This document shows, piece by piece, positions 1-13,908 of a DNA stretch of 64,000 bases (the stretch's first letter is position 1; every line of letters starts with the position of its first letter). The translations under genes were made by a program, and so were the position numbers. Below the pieces are notes generated by a model. The model did not search any database, was not told where the DNA came from, and saw only the letters and a list, made by a program, of their open reading frames with translations. Origin of the DNA: Amoebidium appalachense (taxonomy: Eukaryota > Protista > Ichthyosporea); assembly GCA_963693365.1 (NCBI GenBank), contig CAVNZM010000011.1:9267010-9331009 (forward strand), read 5' to 3'.

Positions 1-146
1 AGAGATCAGAAAGAGTGGAGGGGGTGGGGAGGGATCTGGGGATGTGTATGTGTATGGTGGTGGTGGTGGTGGGGGGGGGAATCCTCAGTTTTTGCGCACC
101 TTTTTTTTTTTTTTTTTCCCCGTGCTAACCGTGAGCCCACATGCAG

Positions 147-556
147 ATCTGTTTCTGGTCACGGGCAGTGCCAGCAATCTGCAGGGTGAGATCTGGCTCA
201 ATGGGCCCACAGGCTTTACCCAATCAAAAGACACGGTTGCTCTTGGAGGTCTACCCTCAGGGGATATTGGCCAATTTGCATTTGCTGATATGGGTATGCC
301 CCGTCCCCCCCCCCCCCCCCCCCCCCCCCCCTTTTCTTGTCCTTTTTGGCGGTTGTTTTTTTTCGACAACTGATTCATACATACCCCCTTCCCCCCCTTT
401 CCTTCAAATGAAAAACAAATAAATGGGGTTTCATATCGGCTATCCTTTGGAAACAATGTGTGTGTTGTGAAAGTGGCAAAGCATTTTCCTTTGTAGAGGC
501 AGAGTGGGCCTCCGAAGACAGGCTTGTTTCAAACATATCTCCCGGCACTTATCGTT

Positions 557-611
<55 letters not shown>

Positions 612-2420
612 ACCTTCCCCCCTTTCCTCTGCATCAAAGCGCCCCCCTTGTCCCCCTTGCTTGCATAATCATTTAGTATCTGCCCCTTTGCTTTTTTTTT
701 TCTTACAGGTTTGCCATGTTATCCCCCCCCCCCCCCCCCCCCCCCCCGCTCTCCTCTTGAGGATGGCCTGCCTCCCGCTCTGGGGATGGGCCCGCTTATT
801 ATGCATACTCTTCTGTGTGATTTGCACTTATGTTGTTCGTTATGGATGTGTACTGTGTAGCTCGTACTCTATAACAAATACTACCCCCGCATTCAAACCC
901 CCCCCCCCCCCCCCCCCCTTCCCCCCTCTCAAGATGGGTTGACCCTCCCAAGTTCAGTTGATGCTGCTGTCTAAGTTAGAGAGTCGTATATACGCGGGGC
1001 TAAAGGGTCGAAACGCAGACGCAATTGATGACTTGGGCCCTCCCTGAGTATGGGCTCTGCTTATGACGCATACTGTGCGCATGGCTGATGTTGCATACTT
1101 GAATGTTTGCCTTTGCATGTGTCCTGCACCATGCTTCTCATCGTGTATGCGTACTTCGTACCGTGTTCTGCATTCAACCCTCCCCCCCCCCCCCCCCCCC
1201 TCTCTCTCCTCCCCCCCTCTCCCCCCCCCCCCCCCAAAAAAAAAAAAAAAAAAAGAAAAAAAGAAAAAAAGAAAAGAAAAAGAAAAACAAAACAAATCAA
1301 AATAATATGGGGCCATGGGCACTGTCGGCCCTCCGGGGAGGGGGGGGGGGGGGACAGGGGGGGGGGGTCTGCAAGACACATGGGAAGACTGGTTCTTCCT
1401 TTTTTAATTCGTTGTACTGGCCATGTGCAGATGCGGATGGGGACATGGACATAGTATTTGGGGTCTGCCACAAGACCTTCCTCGTGGGCACATCATGCAG
1501 CACGAGCAGTATGGTAATCCTATACAACAGAGGTGGGCAACTGGCCTGATTTGGTTGATCACTTGCCAATTTTAGATGGGTACATGCTATATTTGGATAG
1601 GCACCTACATGTTTGGACGACCATTGGCCATGTTTGCACAATCACATTCCATGTTGGGATAGCCACGTGGGCATATTTGTATTATCATTTGCATTTTTGG
1701 GTGAACATTTGCCATGTTTAGTTAATCACATGCCAGATTTGGAATATCTTTTGACAATTCTGGATGGCCATTATCCACACCAATGGTTGGTCACATTTGA
1801 TACGTTGTTCAGGCCGCTTTAAAGAAAATGGTGCACTCCATTGATGGTACCCTGAACATCGATAAGTTTGTTGCGAACCACAGAGGTGGGATTCATGAAG
1901 CTGGTCCATTGAAAGCGACCTGATCTTTCAATATCGGCTGAAAATAGCTGAATGGGATGGCGTGACACTCTAGTTACCATAGTTGGACCCGGCCATAGTG
2001 ACCGATAGGTGGCTTGTAGTGAAGACCTATTTGTACAAACCCTTCACTATGCAAATGTCTCCCAGAGAAGCAATTGTTTTGGTATTAAATCACCTAAAAC
2101 ACTGCGACTTCTTAGCCAAAACATACGTGTTGTAAAATGATCACGAATATGAGTGACGGCATCAATTGCTGACACGATCAAATTGCAGGGACACTGAGGG
2201 AGCAAGGGTGTGTGGCAAGAAGCGACTTTGGATTCGATGCCGAGGTATGTGGGGTCAGAGTGTGGTGATTAGTATTAGATATACACATGGGGTTATGGAC
2301 GGGGTTGTGTGGGGTGTATATATACACGTGATGTGGGGCAGGTTTTGTATGAAGGCATGGGAAGATGATGATGCTCTTGCAGATTTGTGTGGGTGCGTGT
2401 GTGTGTGTGGTGGTGGCAGT

Positions 2421-2455
<35 letters not shown>

Positions 2456-2646
2456 GAGGAGGGAAAGAGGGGGGGGGGGGGGGGGGGGGTCTGCATCCAC
2501 ATGTTGTGTTTTGCTAGCTTTGAGAACTCTGTCAGCTTGTGCTTGTTGCACCGTGTGTTGTCTAGGGTTGGGTAGACTCATTCTTCCATACGGGGGTTCA
2601 AAAATTTCGATTTTCTGGCCATCCGGATCGGCGCCGGGTGTGTGTG

Positions 2647-2696
<50 letters not shown>

Positions 2697-3780
2697 TGTC
2701 ACGTGTGTGTTTGTGTGTGTGTGCGCGCGCGTGTGTGTACAATGTGTGTGTGTGTGCGCGCGCGTGCGTTCGTGATTGTGGTGCTTACATGGGTGCTTGT
2801 GCATGTCTGAATCACATATGCGTGTATGGTTGTGTGCGTGCATGTGTGTACATGCATGTGTGTGGCGATTTCTGCTTTTGAAGCCTCACTGGGCACGTTG
2901 TGTCCTGGCTTTGCTTGTGCATGTTTGTGATCATCTCTAGCCAGATAGATGATATCGATAGATTGTGTTACTCACTGTGGAGTGTCTCCTTATATATATA
3001 TGTCTGTCTCAGGTTGGAGTTGAGTTGTATGAAGAGTGTGCCCTTATTATAATTTACATTTTCACGGTCCGCATTTCGGAAATAAGGGGGGGAAAGGGGG
3101 AGGAGGGGAACGGGGGACCGGGGGAGAGGAGAGAAAAGGCCCCGATGGGGGGAAGGGGGGGAGGGCGGGGGTAATAAGGGGGGTATGGGTGTTAAATGAA
3201 GGGGATGCATGCTGGTTAACTGTGGTCACTGGTAAGTAACACGTGTAGCTATGTCGGAAGAGCACTCTCTTGAAAGAACTTGGCAAAGCGACGAGCTAAA
3301 GCGACGTTGATCTTCCGTACTGAGCGCGAAACAAGGGGTCGCGGGGAGTCCGGCTGCTCATATTTGGCCAGAAAATTGAAACCCAGATCAAATCAATTAG
3401 TCGCCATGTATGAGTCAATTACCGAAGGGTTGTCAGAGAAGCAAGCTATTTCCGCTAGCCTCTCTTCTAACAAACCCCCCCCCCCCCCCCCCCCCTGTAT
3501 GTGTACTTCGTGCCGTGTTCCGTATTTCCCACTTTTGTGACGTTTTGTTGTTGCTCTTTGTTGTCTCCTCCATATTTCCAACCCTCTAACGCATACATCA
3601 CCCTCTCCCCCCTCCCCACTACCCACAACCCGCCCCAACTACCCATTACGGCAACGTGCGCGCGGACACACAGACACACACCCCCACGCACGCACGCACA
3701 CACACACTGTCATACACACCAACACGTGCACACACACACACATTCATGTGCATGAACACCAGTATACACACGTTCACCCC

Positions 3781-3819
<39 letters not shown>

Positions 3820-5929
3820 CACACACCATCACCGTATACCCTCACTAGGCTGCCATGAGTCTTTCCGAAGGTCTAGGAGGGCTCATCTTCAACCCCCCAG
3901 ACGCCCAACATCCGCTTACCCTACACCTTGGTCGTTCCCCCCCCTCCCCCCCCCCCCCCCCCTGAGTCATAGAAACCCCCTGATGATGGACTCTGTTCAA
4001 GCGTCTTCTGCCTGCTCGTTGTTGTTGTTCCAATCAATGGTTTCATTTAGGGTTTTTATTTTTATTTTTATGACGTTTATATTTCGTCCTGTGGTGCCTC
4101 CTCCGTGTTCCCAACTTTCTAATGCATACCCCCCCCCCTCCCCCCCCCCCTCCTTTTCTGTCCTTTAGTATCCTTCATATTCCCAACCCTCTTAGGCATA
4201 CATTGGGCATATACCCCCCCCCCCCCCCCCCCCTCCCCCCCTTCTCCTCCCACCCCGGCATCCCCCCTTCTCCATGATATCGTGTATACCGCTACCTGGG
4301 TGGCCTCACTGCCTACACAAACAGCTGCTTCACGTGCCTCGTTAGCACTGCCTCCGTTAGCATTGCGGTTCAATTCTCTATTTCTTTTCTTCTTGACGGT
4401 TAGCTCCGAACATGTGCAACATAGCTTCCAAATGAGCTCTGCGAGCTGACACCACACAATGCATCACTGAAAAGTGCCGTTGTGTCTGGACCTGACTTTG
4501 TATGGCTTGCATATAGGGGCCTGCGATGCAATGTGGTCCACTGTCTAGCTTTTTTTTGATCCACCCCTTCTACATCTAACCGGCTACTTATATGGGGCAG
4601 GGGATTATGACTTTGACGGCTATCCAGATGTGCTGGCCGTGATGCTGGATTCCAGCTCAACCCCACAGGTTAGTACTCAAGTCCCCCTCTGCTGATTGTG
4701 ATTCGCCTTTTTTTTTAGAAGAAAGTGCGAAAGGGGGTTCAGATATGGCTGGAAGATGGTATAATGAAAGCGTGTCAGTAACCACCTTACACGAGAAGTC
4801 TTTCATAGCTTAAAAACGCCACCTAACCGGCATCAAACCAATAACGCAAGGAATCCCGATTGGTTGTTGATAGGGTTGCAAGCAAAACAAAAGGTTTGGG
4901 CAAACGGAACAAAAACAATCTGACACGACTGTGGTTTTCCATTACGATCAACTAAGGCAATGTCTCAACCATAACGATTGAATCCATCCAATTTTAAAAA
5001 TAAAACCACGCTTCACAACAGTGGTAGGGCATTGAATTGAGGTTGAGGGATGTCGATCACACTACAGTATAGTTTATTCTCCAGTGACAGTCACGTCAGA
5101 TGTGTTTGTACCCATGCCTGTATACACATTAAATTTCAAACCCAATACGGGATCCCGTGATCCTGGTCGTTTGACTCGTGAGACGACATCAATCACTTAA
5201 ACAAATGGGATGGAGACTGCCTGTGGCCATGGTGTTGTATTCGGGTTGGAATATTTTTGTAACGGTTGCACACAGGTTGCCCTCTACCACAATCAGCCAT
5301 GCATGGGAGACGCGGCCTGCAAGGGAAGGGTAAGTACTTCTGTGTGTTGGTGTGTGCGGTGGCTTTTCATTAATTGCACATGTAGCAATTCGGTAAAACA
5401 GGCTTGATGGGGTCATACCAATGATATGCATGGAAACTGGGCAAACAAAAAGTGTTCAATGAACTGTTTCTTCCCCCTAAAGTACCTCAGTACCTATCTA
5501 GATATGGAATATGCAGCTAACGAGCTTGCACCGATCATTAGACGTCCATGATACATGTGATAGATTGGTATGCACGGTTACCATACATGGAGCGATCTCT
5601 CTAGCAACTCTCGTATCCGGGCGTTTTGCTCTAAGGTGTAAACAGAACTGCAAACATGACACTGGCATTGGGAGGGAGTGCGTTTAGAGGGCGAGCACAC
5701 GCACACCACACCCATTTGCAGTTGTCAGACTCTTGAAATGATCTCGTTTTGCGTGTACAACAGTTGACCTATGCCTTTTGGGGTCCCTCTAAACATTTCA
5801 ATGCTCTTCCGGGAGGTCGGTTGGTTATGTGTTGGCCTTCAAGCAAAAAGGGATGGGATGCAGCATGGCTGAAGGGGATCTAACCCATTATAGCTGTCGA
5901 GGCGTGAAGTGGGTGGGGGGAGAAAAAAA

Positions 5930-5965
<36 letters not shown>

Positions 5966-7633
5966 TGGGTGACCTCGCCATTTATGAGCCGTGCCTTTGC
6001 CTTGCAGGGGCTGGTGTATGTTGAAGATGACGTCATCAAATCCATCAAAAACCCAACGGCAGCAGCATTTTTCGACTACAAAGAAAATGTACTGCTCTCT
6101 AGACCCCCCCCCCCCCCCCCCCTCCCTACTCCCACACACGTGTCTGGCCACACCTGCACACCATTCCGCCCTGCATATCTACATCCCCCTTCTCCTCACA
6201 CTGGGCTGGTACCTTGTTTCTTCGACTTAAAGGAAACCCCCTTATGGCAGGCTCTGTTCAAGGGTCTCTTGCATTTACTTTTGACTAATTTCTGATTTGT
6301 GTAGTTGCATGGGTCTAAAAATGTTTTCCCTGATTTTTACCAATCTCAAAAGCATACATGCACGCTTAAATTGTTTGATTTTGGATTTCCCACTTTTGCG
6401 ACGTTTGTTGTTGCTCTTTGTTGTCTCCTCCATATTTCCAACCCTCTAACGCATACATCCCCCCCCCCCCCCCCCCCCTCCCCCCCCCCCCCCCCCCCCC
6501 GTGTGTTTTTTCTGCAGGTGTTTCTTGACATCGTGGCCATCACTGGGACTGGCAGCAATCCCTCAGCCCAGGGCCTGTCCGTGCTTGAGAATGATTTTGT
6601 CACAGATGCATTCTTTGTGAAAGTAACAGGTTTGTGCAGTCCCCACTCAACATCTAATCCCCTGTACTCCTCTACATCGCCTGCCCCCTCCCCCCCCCCC
6701 CCCCCCTCCTCCTTCGTGTTTTTATTATTGTATAGTTTTGTAGTATTTTCGTCTCTCTACACATTCAACTGCAGCACACACACGTCTGCACTGCCAATTG
6801 GAATGACATGCACATGTGTCCTTGTGACAGAGGTAATGCAGGACTCACATGTTTTGGTTTTGCATGTCTCCCTTAGATGGCTGGCGGGAGATGATGCAGG
6901 CTGTTGAGTCAACGACAGTATCGTGTTGCCGTTGTGTATACAACCATTCACGGCGTTTTTCAGCTACTAAATATGGCCATATTTTCCCACAGTGCTTAAT
7001 GGAAAATGCATCTCATGGTGTAAGGAAGGGGGAACCGTGCCGAATCCTGAGGTATGTGTCACTTTCACCATCTCCATTGGCCAAGTGCACAAAATCATAT
7101 TACTCGTCTGTGTGTTTGCTGCAGATCACATGTGCGCATGCGGTGTGTGTGCACACGTGCAATAACGCATGTGTCGGGTTGATGGGTGTTCTGTTTTATT
7201 TTCTTTCGTTCTTTTTGAAGGGGGGATTGGGGAGGCGGCAGGAGAGGGGGGGGAGGGGGGGGGGGGGGGGGGCAGTCAGAGACTAACGGGCAGACACGCC
7301 TCAACGGAGTGATAAGCAGTGGTGGTGTCGAGGTATGAGTATGGGGGAGAGGGACGGGGGGTGTTTTGTGTGTGTTTGTGTGGGATGGGGGGGATGGGGA
7401 TTACTTCTTCAGATGTGGGCCAGTTCCCACCCTGTCAGTTCAGATTCTTCTGTACATGCTGTCCGTGGGATGCCTCTGCTATGTACAGCGATGTGCCTGC
7501 CCCACACACCCGTATCTACATGAAACGAGATGACATTTTTTCTAAGGGCCGGGAATTAGGGCCGGGACTGATTGGGAAGAGATACAGGGTGACTTTTTCC
7601 TTTTTGTTTTTCTTTTTCTTTCTTTCTTTTTTT

Positions 7634-7664
<31 letters not shown>

Positions 7665-7943
7665 GGGATCTGACAGGGATGGTTTTCAGCCTTTGGGGGT
7701 GAACGCTGTGGGCCCTACGGTTCGACTGAGCTTTGACGATGTGCATGGGAAGAAGGTCGTCAGATTTGGTGCGTGACTGGGTGCTCGAATTTGTTGTCTC
7801 TGTGTGAATGGGGGTTGTGCACAGTTTGGGAATCTTCCCTGGTGGTGGTGGTGGTGAGGGAAGAGGAAGGATGAGGGGAGGGGAGAGGCATGTATGCACT
7901 AGCGGGTTGGAAATATGGAACTAGGAGACTTTTGAAGACAAAC

Positions 7944-7975
<32 letters not shown>

Positions 7976-8337
7976 TTGAAGGGGGGGGGGGGGGGGGGGA
8001 AGGCTGGGGCTGTACTCAATGATTGAGTTTGCCTGCAACTGGTTTTAGTGTTCCAGCATTTTTCGTTGAAATTTCCGAGAAGGATTGATTGGGGATTTCC
8101 TAAGCTATATTCGCCACCGATCCAAAAATCCATATTTGTGCGGAGAAACGTGTAGATGTGCATGCTTTTTTTGGCCCTTCTTGTTTTATTTTAGTTGGGC
8201 GGAGCATCTCATAGTTTGGTGTCGGGTTCAATCCCTCTACTGGATCCTGTATGTTGGATGCTTTGTTGAAGCCGTAATTGTGTGTGAGGCCGGAGTTTAA
8301 ATGGTGGTGTCATAGGCGTGGGAGGGGAGGGGGGGGG

Positions 8338-8368
<31 letters not shown>

Positions 8369-9220
8369 CTTGCAACTGCACATTCTGCCAGCTCGGTGGG
8401 CCTTTTCATCTTCTCCATGGTATTGATTTGTTTATTTCTTTTTCTCCAGGGGGCCAGTTTACACAAAGCAGCCACGCCAGCCTGCAAACACCTTATCTGG
8501 TGTTTGGCCTTGGGCGCACAAACAACTACATCGACGTTGCGGAGGTTACCGTGCCATACACACTGAACAAGGTATGATCAGTGCATTTTTCTTGCAGTTT
8601 TCAAGCCAGTCCTAATCCACCGGAGGGGTGTCTGGTTTGGAGCGTCAGCATGCCAGCCATTAGTTATCGTGTGTTTCCGTCCTGCCTGACAGTTTTTCCG
8701 ATTGTGTGTGTGAGTGGATGTATGTGAGTGCAGGCAGTGTGTGTGTGGACATGCATCTGTGGGTCTGCGGGTGAGGATGTGTGCCTGCACAGTCACAAAC
8801 AATGTTTCATTGATTAAGATGCAGAAATTGTGGATGCAATGCTGGTAACTTGCTAAGTCACATGCGCGTGCGCACGCACCCACACAAAAACACGCCTTCA
8901 AACACACACACGCACACACACTCACACACACACACAAACATGCGTGCGCGCGTGTGTGAACGCAGGCACCCGCCCACATGCACACGCACACACTCACACA
9001 CGAGAGCGCACGCGCGCGCGCACACACACACACACAAACACAAACGCACACACACACACACACATCTATTCCTGCTTAACACTACCTTCACCCTCTCTAC
9101 AATCTACCAAAATCCCTCTTCCACCCCAGGCCCGCAATGCACAGACCTATCTTTCGGTCATTCCCAACGCCCAGTTGGTCATCATTCCAAATGCCCCCAA
9201 CACTCCGGAGAAGTTTGTGA

Positions 9221-9270
<50 letters not shown>

Positions 9271-10336
9271 ACACACCCACACACACACACACAAACCCCC
9301 GCCGCCTCCCCACGCACGAACCAGACGTGTTTGCAAAGTTTTGTTTCCTTTTTGTGTGTTGTTGCTGCTCCTTGAACAGCCTGGCTTTTCTTTTCTCAAG
9401 GGCCGGTGTTGAATTGCCCATGGCTGCTGAAGTAAAAAGGTTAGTTAGGGACCACGTGTTGAAGAGGTCAAAGAATTAAAACCTGGTGTTTTCGGGAGGC
9501 ATGTGAACCCTGTGAATGATCGGCTCTGTTTGAGAGTATCTTGCCAGCGCAACACTGGTTCTGCTTCTTGGTTTTGTGTTTTTTTTTTTTTTGGTTTAGC
9601 CATGGCATCTGGAATTGCCACATTCGAAGATGCATTTTCACCATCATTAAGGTGCTAGAGAGTTGGGAATCCCTTTTGTGTATGCACGTGAGTGCGTGCA
9701 TGCACGTATTCGTGCTTCGCGTGCGTGCGCGTGGGTGCCTGTGTGTGTGTGTGCATGTGCGTGTGTGTTTGGGAGGGGGAGGGCACGGGGGGAGGGGGGG
9801 GGGGGGGGGTTAGTGTTTGTCAAATTGTTAACATATGCTTTGATGGTAGCTGGAGTATGAAGCTCTTTTTGATGCCGAGCCGGCTGACGCTGTGGATAGC
9901 GGTGGCTGTGATTCTGGCCTGCCTGCTGATGGGGCTGGTGGTCTTGGCACTGCACTACAAGGAGAAGGTAAGCAGGTCTGATCGTGGTGCACACATAAAT
10001 CCAGTAAAAAAAACCGGGGGGGATGGATGAATGGTAGGAAATGAGTAAGCGGGGGGTGGGTTGTGTGTGTACGTGTGTGCACTAGGGGGGGGGGGGGGGG
10101 GGGGGGACAAGTACGTGCCTTGTTATCTTCCTTTGGCAGGGCTTTGCTGAAACAGCATGGACGCATGTTTGCTTGTCATGAGCTTGGGCTTGGTTTCCGA
10201 TTGTTTCTGATCTTCTTTGGCATGCTGTCTTTCCCCACGCACGCACTCACACACGCACGCACACGCGCACACACAGTACGAGGATGAGCAGGAGAAGAGA
10301 CGTACACAGCACCTGTTCACCTACCATGCCATGTAG
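147..10336 (+). CDS. ITFG1: ITFG1/LINKIN (T-cell immunomodulatory protein, FG-GAP repeat type I membrane protein), 3' part of a multi-exon gene; 5' exons lie left of the window
   Basis: GT-AG exons ~147-293, 1431-1532, 4601-4668, 5276-5329, 6008-6088, 6518-6629, 7690-7768, 8450-8571, 9130-9212, 9850-9967, 10277-10336 (TAG). They translate to [108 protein letters not shown] helix-LHYKEK and [19 protein letters not shown]. This is colinear with the known ITFG1 C-terminus (...EKRQEAHRFHFDAM). A few internal exons are uncertain. Confidence 0.93.
1533..1783. repeat. Degenerate 21-bp tandem repeat (~12 units) at the start of an ITFG1 intron
   Basis: Units such as gttgatcacttgccaatttta / gacgaccattggccatgtttg / ggtgaacatttgccatgttta / gttaatcacatgccagatttg. 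Confidence 0.7.
3524..3600 (+). repeat. ~75-bp dispersed intronic repeat, copy 1 (copy 2 at ~6386-6458)
   Basis: atttcccacttttg(t/c)gacgttt(t)gttgttgctctttgttgtctcctccatatttccaaccctctaacgcatacatc at both sites. Confidence 0.85.
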
Positions 10337-11310
10337 TGGGCTGCCGGTGTGCCCTGCTGCAATGGTTATCTACACACTACCTCAGACAGTGACGAGACAC
10401 GGCTACACATGATAACTTGGATGCAACCACACACAGCACCGACAAAGCAGACACGGGCATAGTGTGCATTTGGAATAAACAAGGATACATCTAGTCTTTT
10501 TAAACAGGTGTACACCCACATATGCATCTGTAGTGATTTCGACAGGTGTACATACACACATACATGTGCATGCATCCCCTCACCTGTAGCCGCACACGTT
10601 GCGATACTCCGCGTGTACACTCTGACACTTGCCCCCGCAAACAAATGCATTTGAAAGTTGGGCAAACATTTAGGCAAGGGTGTTGTGTAGAAACCCAGAA
10701 GTGTGGGCCCAAACACATGTACTGTTTTACAGGTACATGTATGAGTATGGAGAAGAGGTTCTCATGGTTACTATTACAACCACCTTTGGACCCACACGCT
10801 AGCATTCCATCCCCCACACAAAAGCTTAGAAACCTTGCCGTGGGCATACTAATACACATGGAGAAGAAATGGACATATAGGTATGAATTTTTGGGCATTT
10901 ACATGTATGTATGATGGTTTTGGCACCAACTTGAAGGTCCTGCTAATACTACCTATATTGTCAACAAGCATGGATTAAGGGGACTCCATGTACAATTTTT
11001 GTCATCAAGCTGAGGCGGACATTGCAAGAATGAGTGCGATGATAAATTTTCAATCACTGAGGTATATTCATTGAATAAAGCGAATCTTTTTGTCCTTGAA
11101 ATTGAAATAGCTGCAATCCAGGCCTGGTGGGCCCACTTAACAGTCAACTCACCTTAGTTCCTTCTATGTACCTCCAGTGGCATTGGCCAATCTCATAGGG
11201 CACCCCTTGTGTGGGTTCATGTGTGTACATGTCAGTGTTCCGAGTATCCCGGCCCTCCGCCTACAAGATACATCCTTTGTCTCCGGCTCTGATTGCTCTT
11301 GTGTGTGTGT

Positions 11311-11343
<33 letters not shown>

Positions 11344-11789
11344 GGACTAGTTAGGATAAGGCAGAGTACAACTGAATCAAAATAAAGACAGAAAGGGTAG
11401 AACGGCACACGCGACCAGGTTGCTTTTACTATGGGCCGACTCAGTCTGTCTCAGACTTCACTGATGTGATCCCCGTACTGGGACGGCTTTGTTATATAGC
11501 CCCCAGGTTTCGGATCAAGGCCCAGGATTGGTTCATCCGCGGCCAGCGCGGGTGGCAACATGCCATTTCGTGATTCTGGTGCGCTCCGAGCCAGTCAGAC
11601 CTTTGTCCTATTTATGCAAACCTCTTATTGGTTCACTTCGTTTATGTGGTATGCAGCGGAAGCCTTATATGGTTCACTTTTTGAGTCAGAGTAATTCCTG
11701 TTGGTGCGGACATAATATTTATGTGATATTCGTGATAAAGCACGAACCGTGTGGTAGTACATCTCATTCTTTAGTAAACATGTACAGTT

Positions 11790-13330
11790 CATGTGTACAG
11801 TTGTTTACACTCCCCCCCTTGTCGGGAGCCTGGTGGTGTCATTAGACAAGCAAACCACCAGGCTGAGAGGCGATAAACAACCTTCAGCGAGAATTCTTGT
11901 GCGCCGAGCTGCTGGGCAGAACAGAGCAAGGACGGTGGCACAGACTTGTGCAAGTCTATTTCGCGTCGTCTCTGTGCTTGGCTTTTCTGTAGAAGTAGTA
12001 TTTTCCTTTTTGGGAATTTTTCCTTTTTAGGATACTCCAGCAGATTCGTTTTCAATTGCGAGTAATTTGGTTGTGTGGATGAATGATCATACCAAACATT
12101 CGATAATGAATATAACTCAAGCCTTAGGTCACTTCGTAGCTCAGGTAGTGGTGGATAGCTTCAAGGCTTAGCTGCTGCTCCTTATCCCGGTTCTACCTTA
12201 AGACTGTAAGGCGAGTCACCATGGCCGGAAAAGCCACTTCTTCCATGAACAAAGAGGACTTCCGAGTCTTTCCTTTCAGCTTTAACCCTGCATCATCGGA
12301 GCTGGGAAAAACATGAATAAAAATGCCCTAAGTGTTCTTCGTTGGGTGACATAAAGAAATATATCAGCCCGTTAGAACCAGTAAAAATCCGGTTCATAAT
12401 TCATAAGACAAGGGTAGGCAAAGCAAGCCTTATTCGTGATCAGTAACACAAGCTTCCATTCGTGAGCAGTCATTTCGTATCCCATGAGCCAGCGATTTTC
12501 GCTGAGCAGGGGGATTCCAGGCATAATTTATTCTTCTGGAGGAAGGCTTGGCCTAAAAAGAAACGTCGTCACAGTCGCCCTTTCTTTAGTAAGCAACTTC
12601 GTGAGCGTGCTTCGTATCTTCATATCCTCCAGTGCAGGTCTGGATGGTGCCCCATCCTCTGCTTCTTTTGTAGGCCGGGTGGCCCTACTGTTGGTTCTGT
12701 TGAAGTTCGTTGTGTGGAAAACCAAAACCATTCGTGTTCGTGGAACTGCTTTGTGCTGTGCTTTCTTTCGTGTTGGTGTTCATGAAGTTACCCCATTCAC
12801 ACACCTACTACTTTCATACATCAGACGTAAGTAGCTGCCTGGGGAGTGTGTGGTTCGTGTTCGTGACATTCTTCTGTTCCTTTGTGAGAAGAATATTCGT
12901 TTTGGCAGAGGTGCCCAATAAGGCAGCTTGCAGGGTTGTCTCCCGCCTGTGCCCATTAGTGGGGTATGCACGTGCTAAATTGCTAGTGTCATCATATTGC
13001 CAGGGAATAACATGGTCACCTCCGTACCAGGGCCTAGGTACACATGATGGTCCGATGTGTTAGTCAACAACACCTTGCATTCGTATTCGTATTCGTCTTC
13101 CACGTCACTTTCTTCAGTAGTGAAGGAGGGTATTCGTAATTCGAAACTGAAAGGCTTCCAGCCAAAATACTGACACTGTATGCTGGGGTTGTGAGGGAAC
13201 GGTGCCCATACCACATTCTTTTGTTCTGGGGGGGTGTGCCGGCAGCTAGTGCAAGGCTTGACAGCGTAATTCGTATGTTACAGTATTGCCACAGACCACC
13301 GTGACACGGGCAATCACCTTAATATTCGTA
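11790..13330 (-). mobile_element. Highly decayed Ty3/Gypsy LTR-retrotransposon pol remnant (RT region)
   Basis: Frameshifted minus-strand fragments in Gypsy order: KVLLTNTSDHHVYLGPGTEV (pre-RT spacer), GTGGRQPCKLPYWAPLPKR (cf. DTGDAxPIKQxPYRxP), KACFAY, EEHLGH..AGLKLK..KSSLFMEEVAF-GH (cf. AGLKLKxxKCxFxxxEVxFLGH), ELRSDL-L-Y (cf. LRSFLGLxxYY). Confidence 0.7.
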
Positions 13331-13908
13331 CCCAACACCTTCGTTTGTTTTTCACATGCATGAACAAAAGTTCTGCATCGACTTTATTACATGCATTCTG
13401 TGCACCAAGAGTGCAAATTCGTTGGGGCATGGCAGCAGGAAGGGCCATACATGAGGCATATGTTCGTAATGTGTTTATCTATGAAAACTACATCAGCAAA
13501 GGCCACCCACCCATCCATTCGGTATCATTCGGGCATCATAGATATTAGAATGATAGTACCCACCCACGAACCCACCCTTCATCCAACACTATATCAGTCT
13601 AATACTCTTTTTGTTAAATTCTAATATCCGGTTATTTTAAGGTATTAGAACGATATCCATGTCTAGATATCATTCTGATATTGGAATAGCCCCCGAAAAA
13701 GCCCGAAAAGCCCCCCAAAAAAGGCGTTGTTCTACTTGTTGCTCTATCCTTTGGCCATCCAGCTATGTATCATTCTGATAACATAATGGATATTGGAATG
13801 ATACATACCCTCAAATGCTCCACGTTTTCAGATAGGGGTAAACATATCTGAATGAGACTTGAATAGTACATTACAAAGTACAAAAAGTGCCCTCGTTGGT
13901 GATAAACG

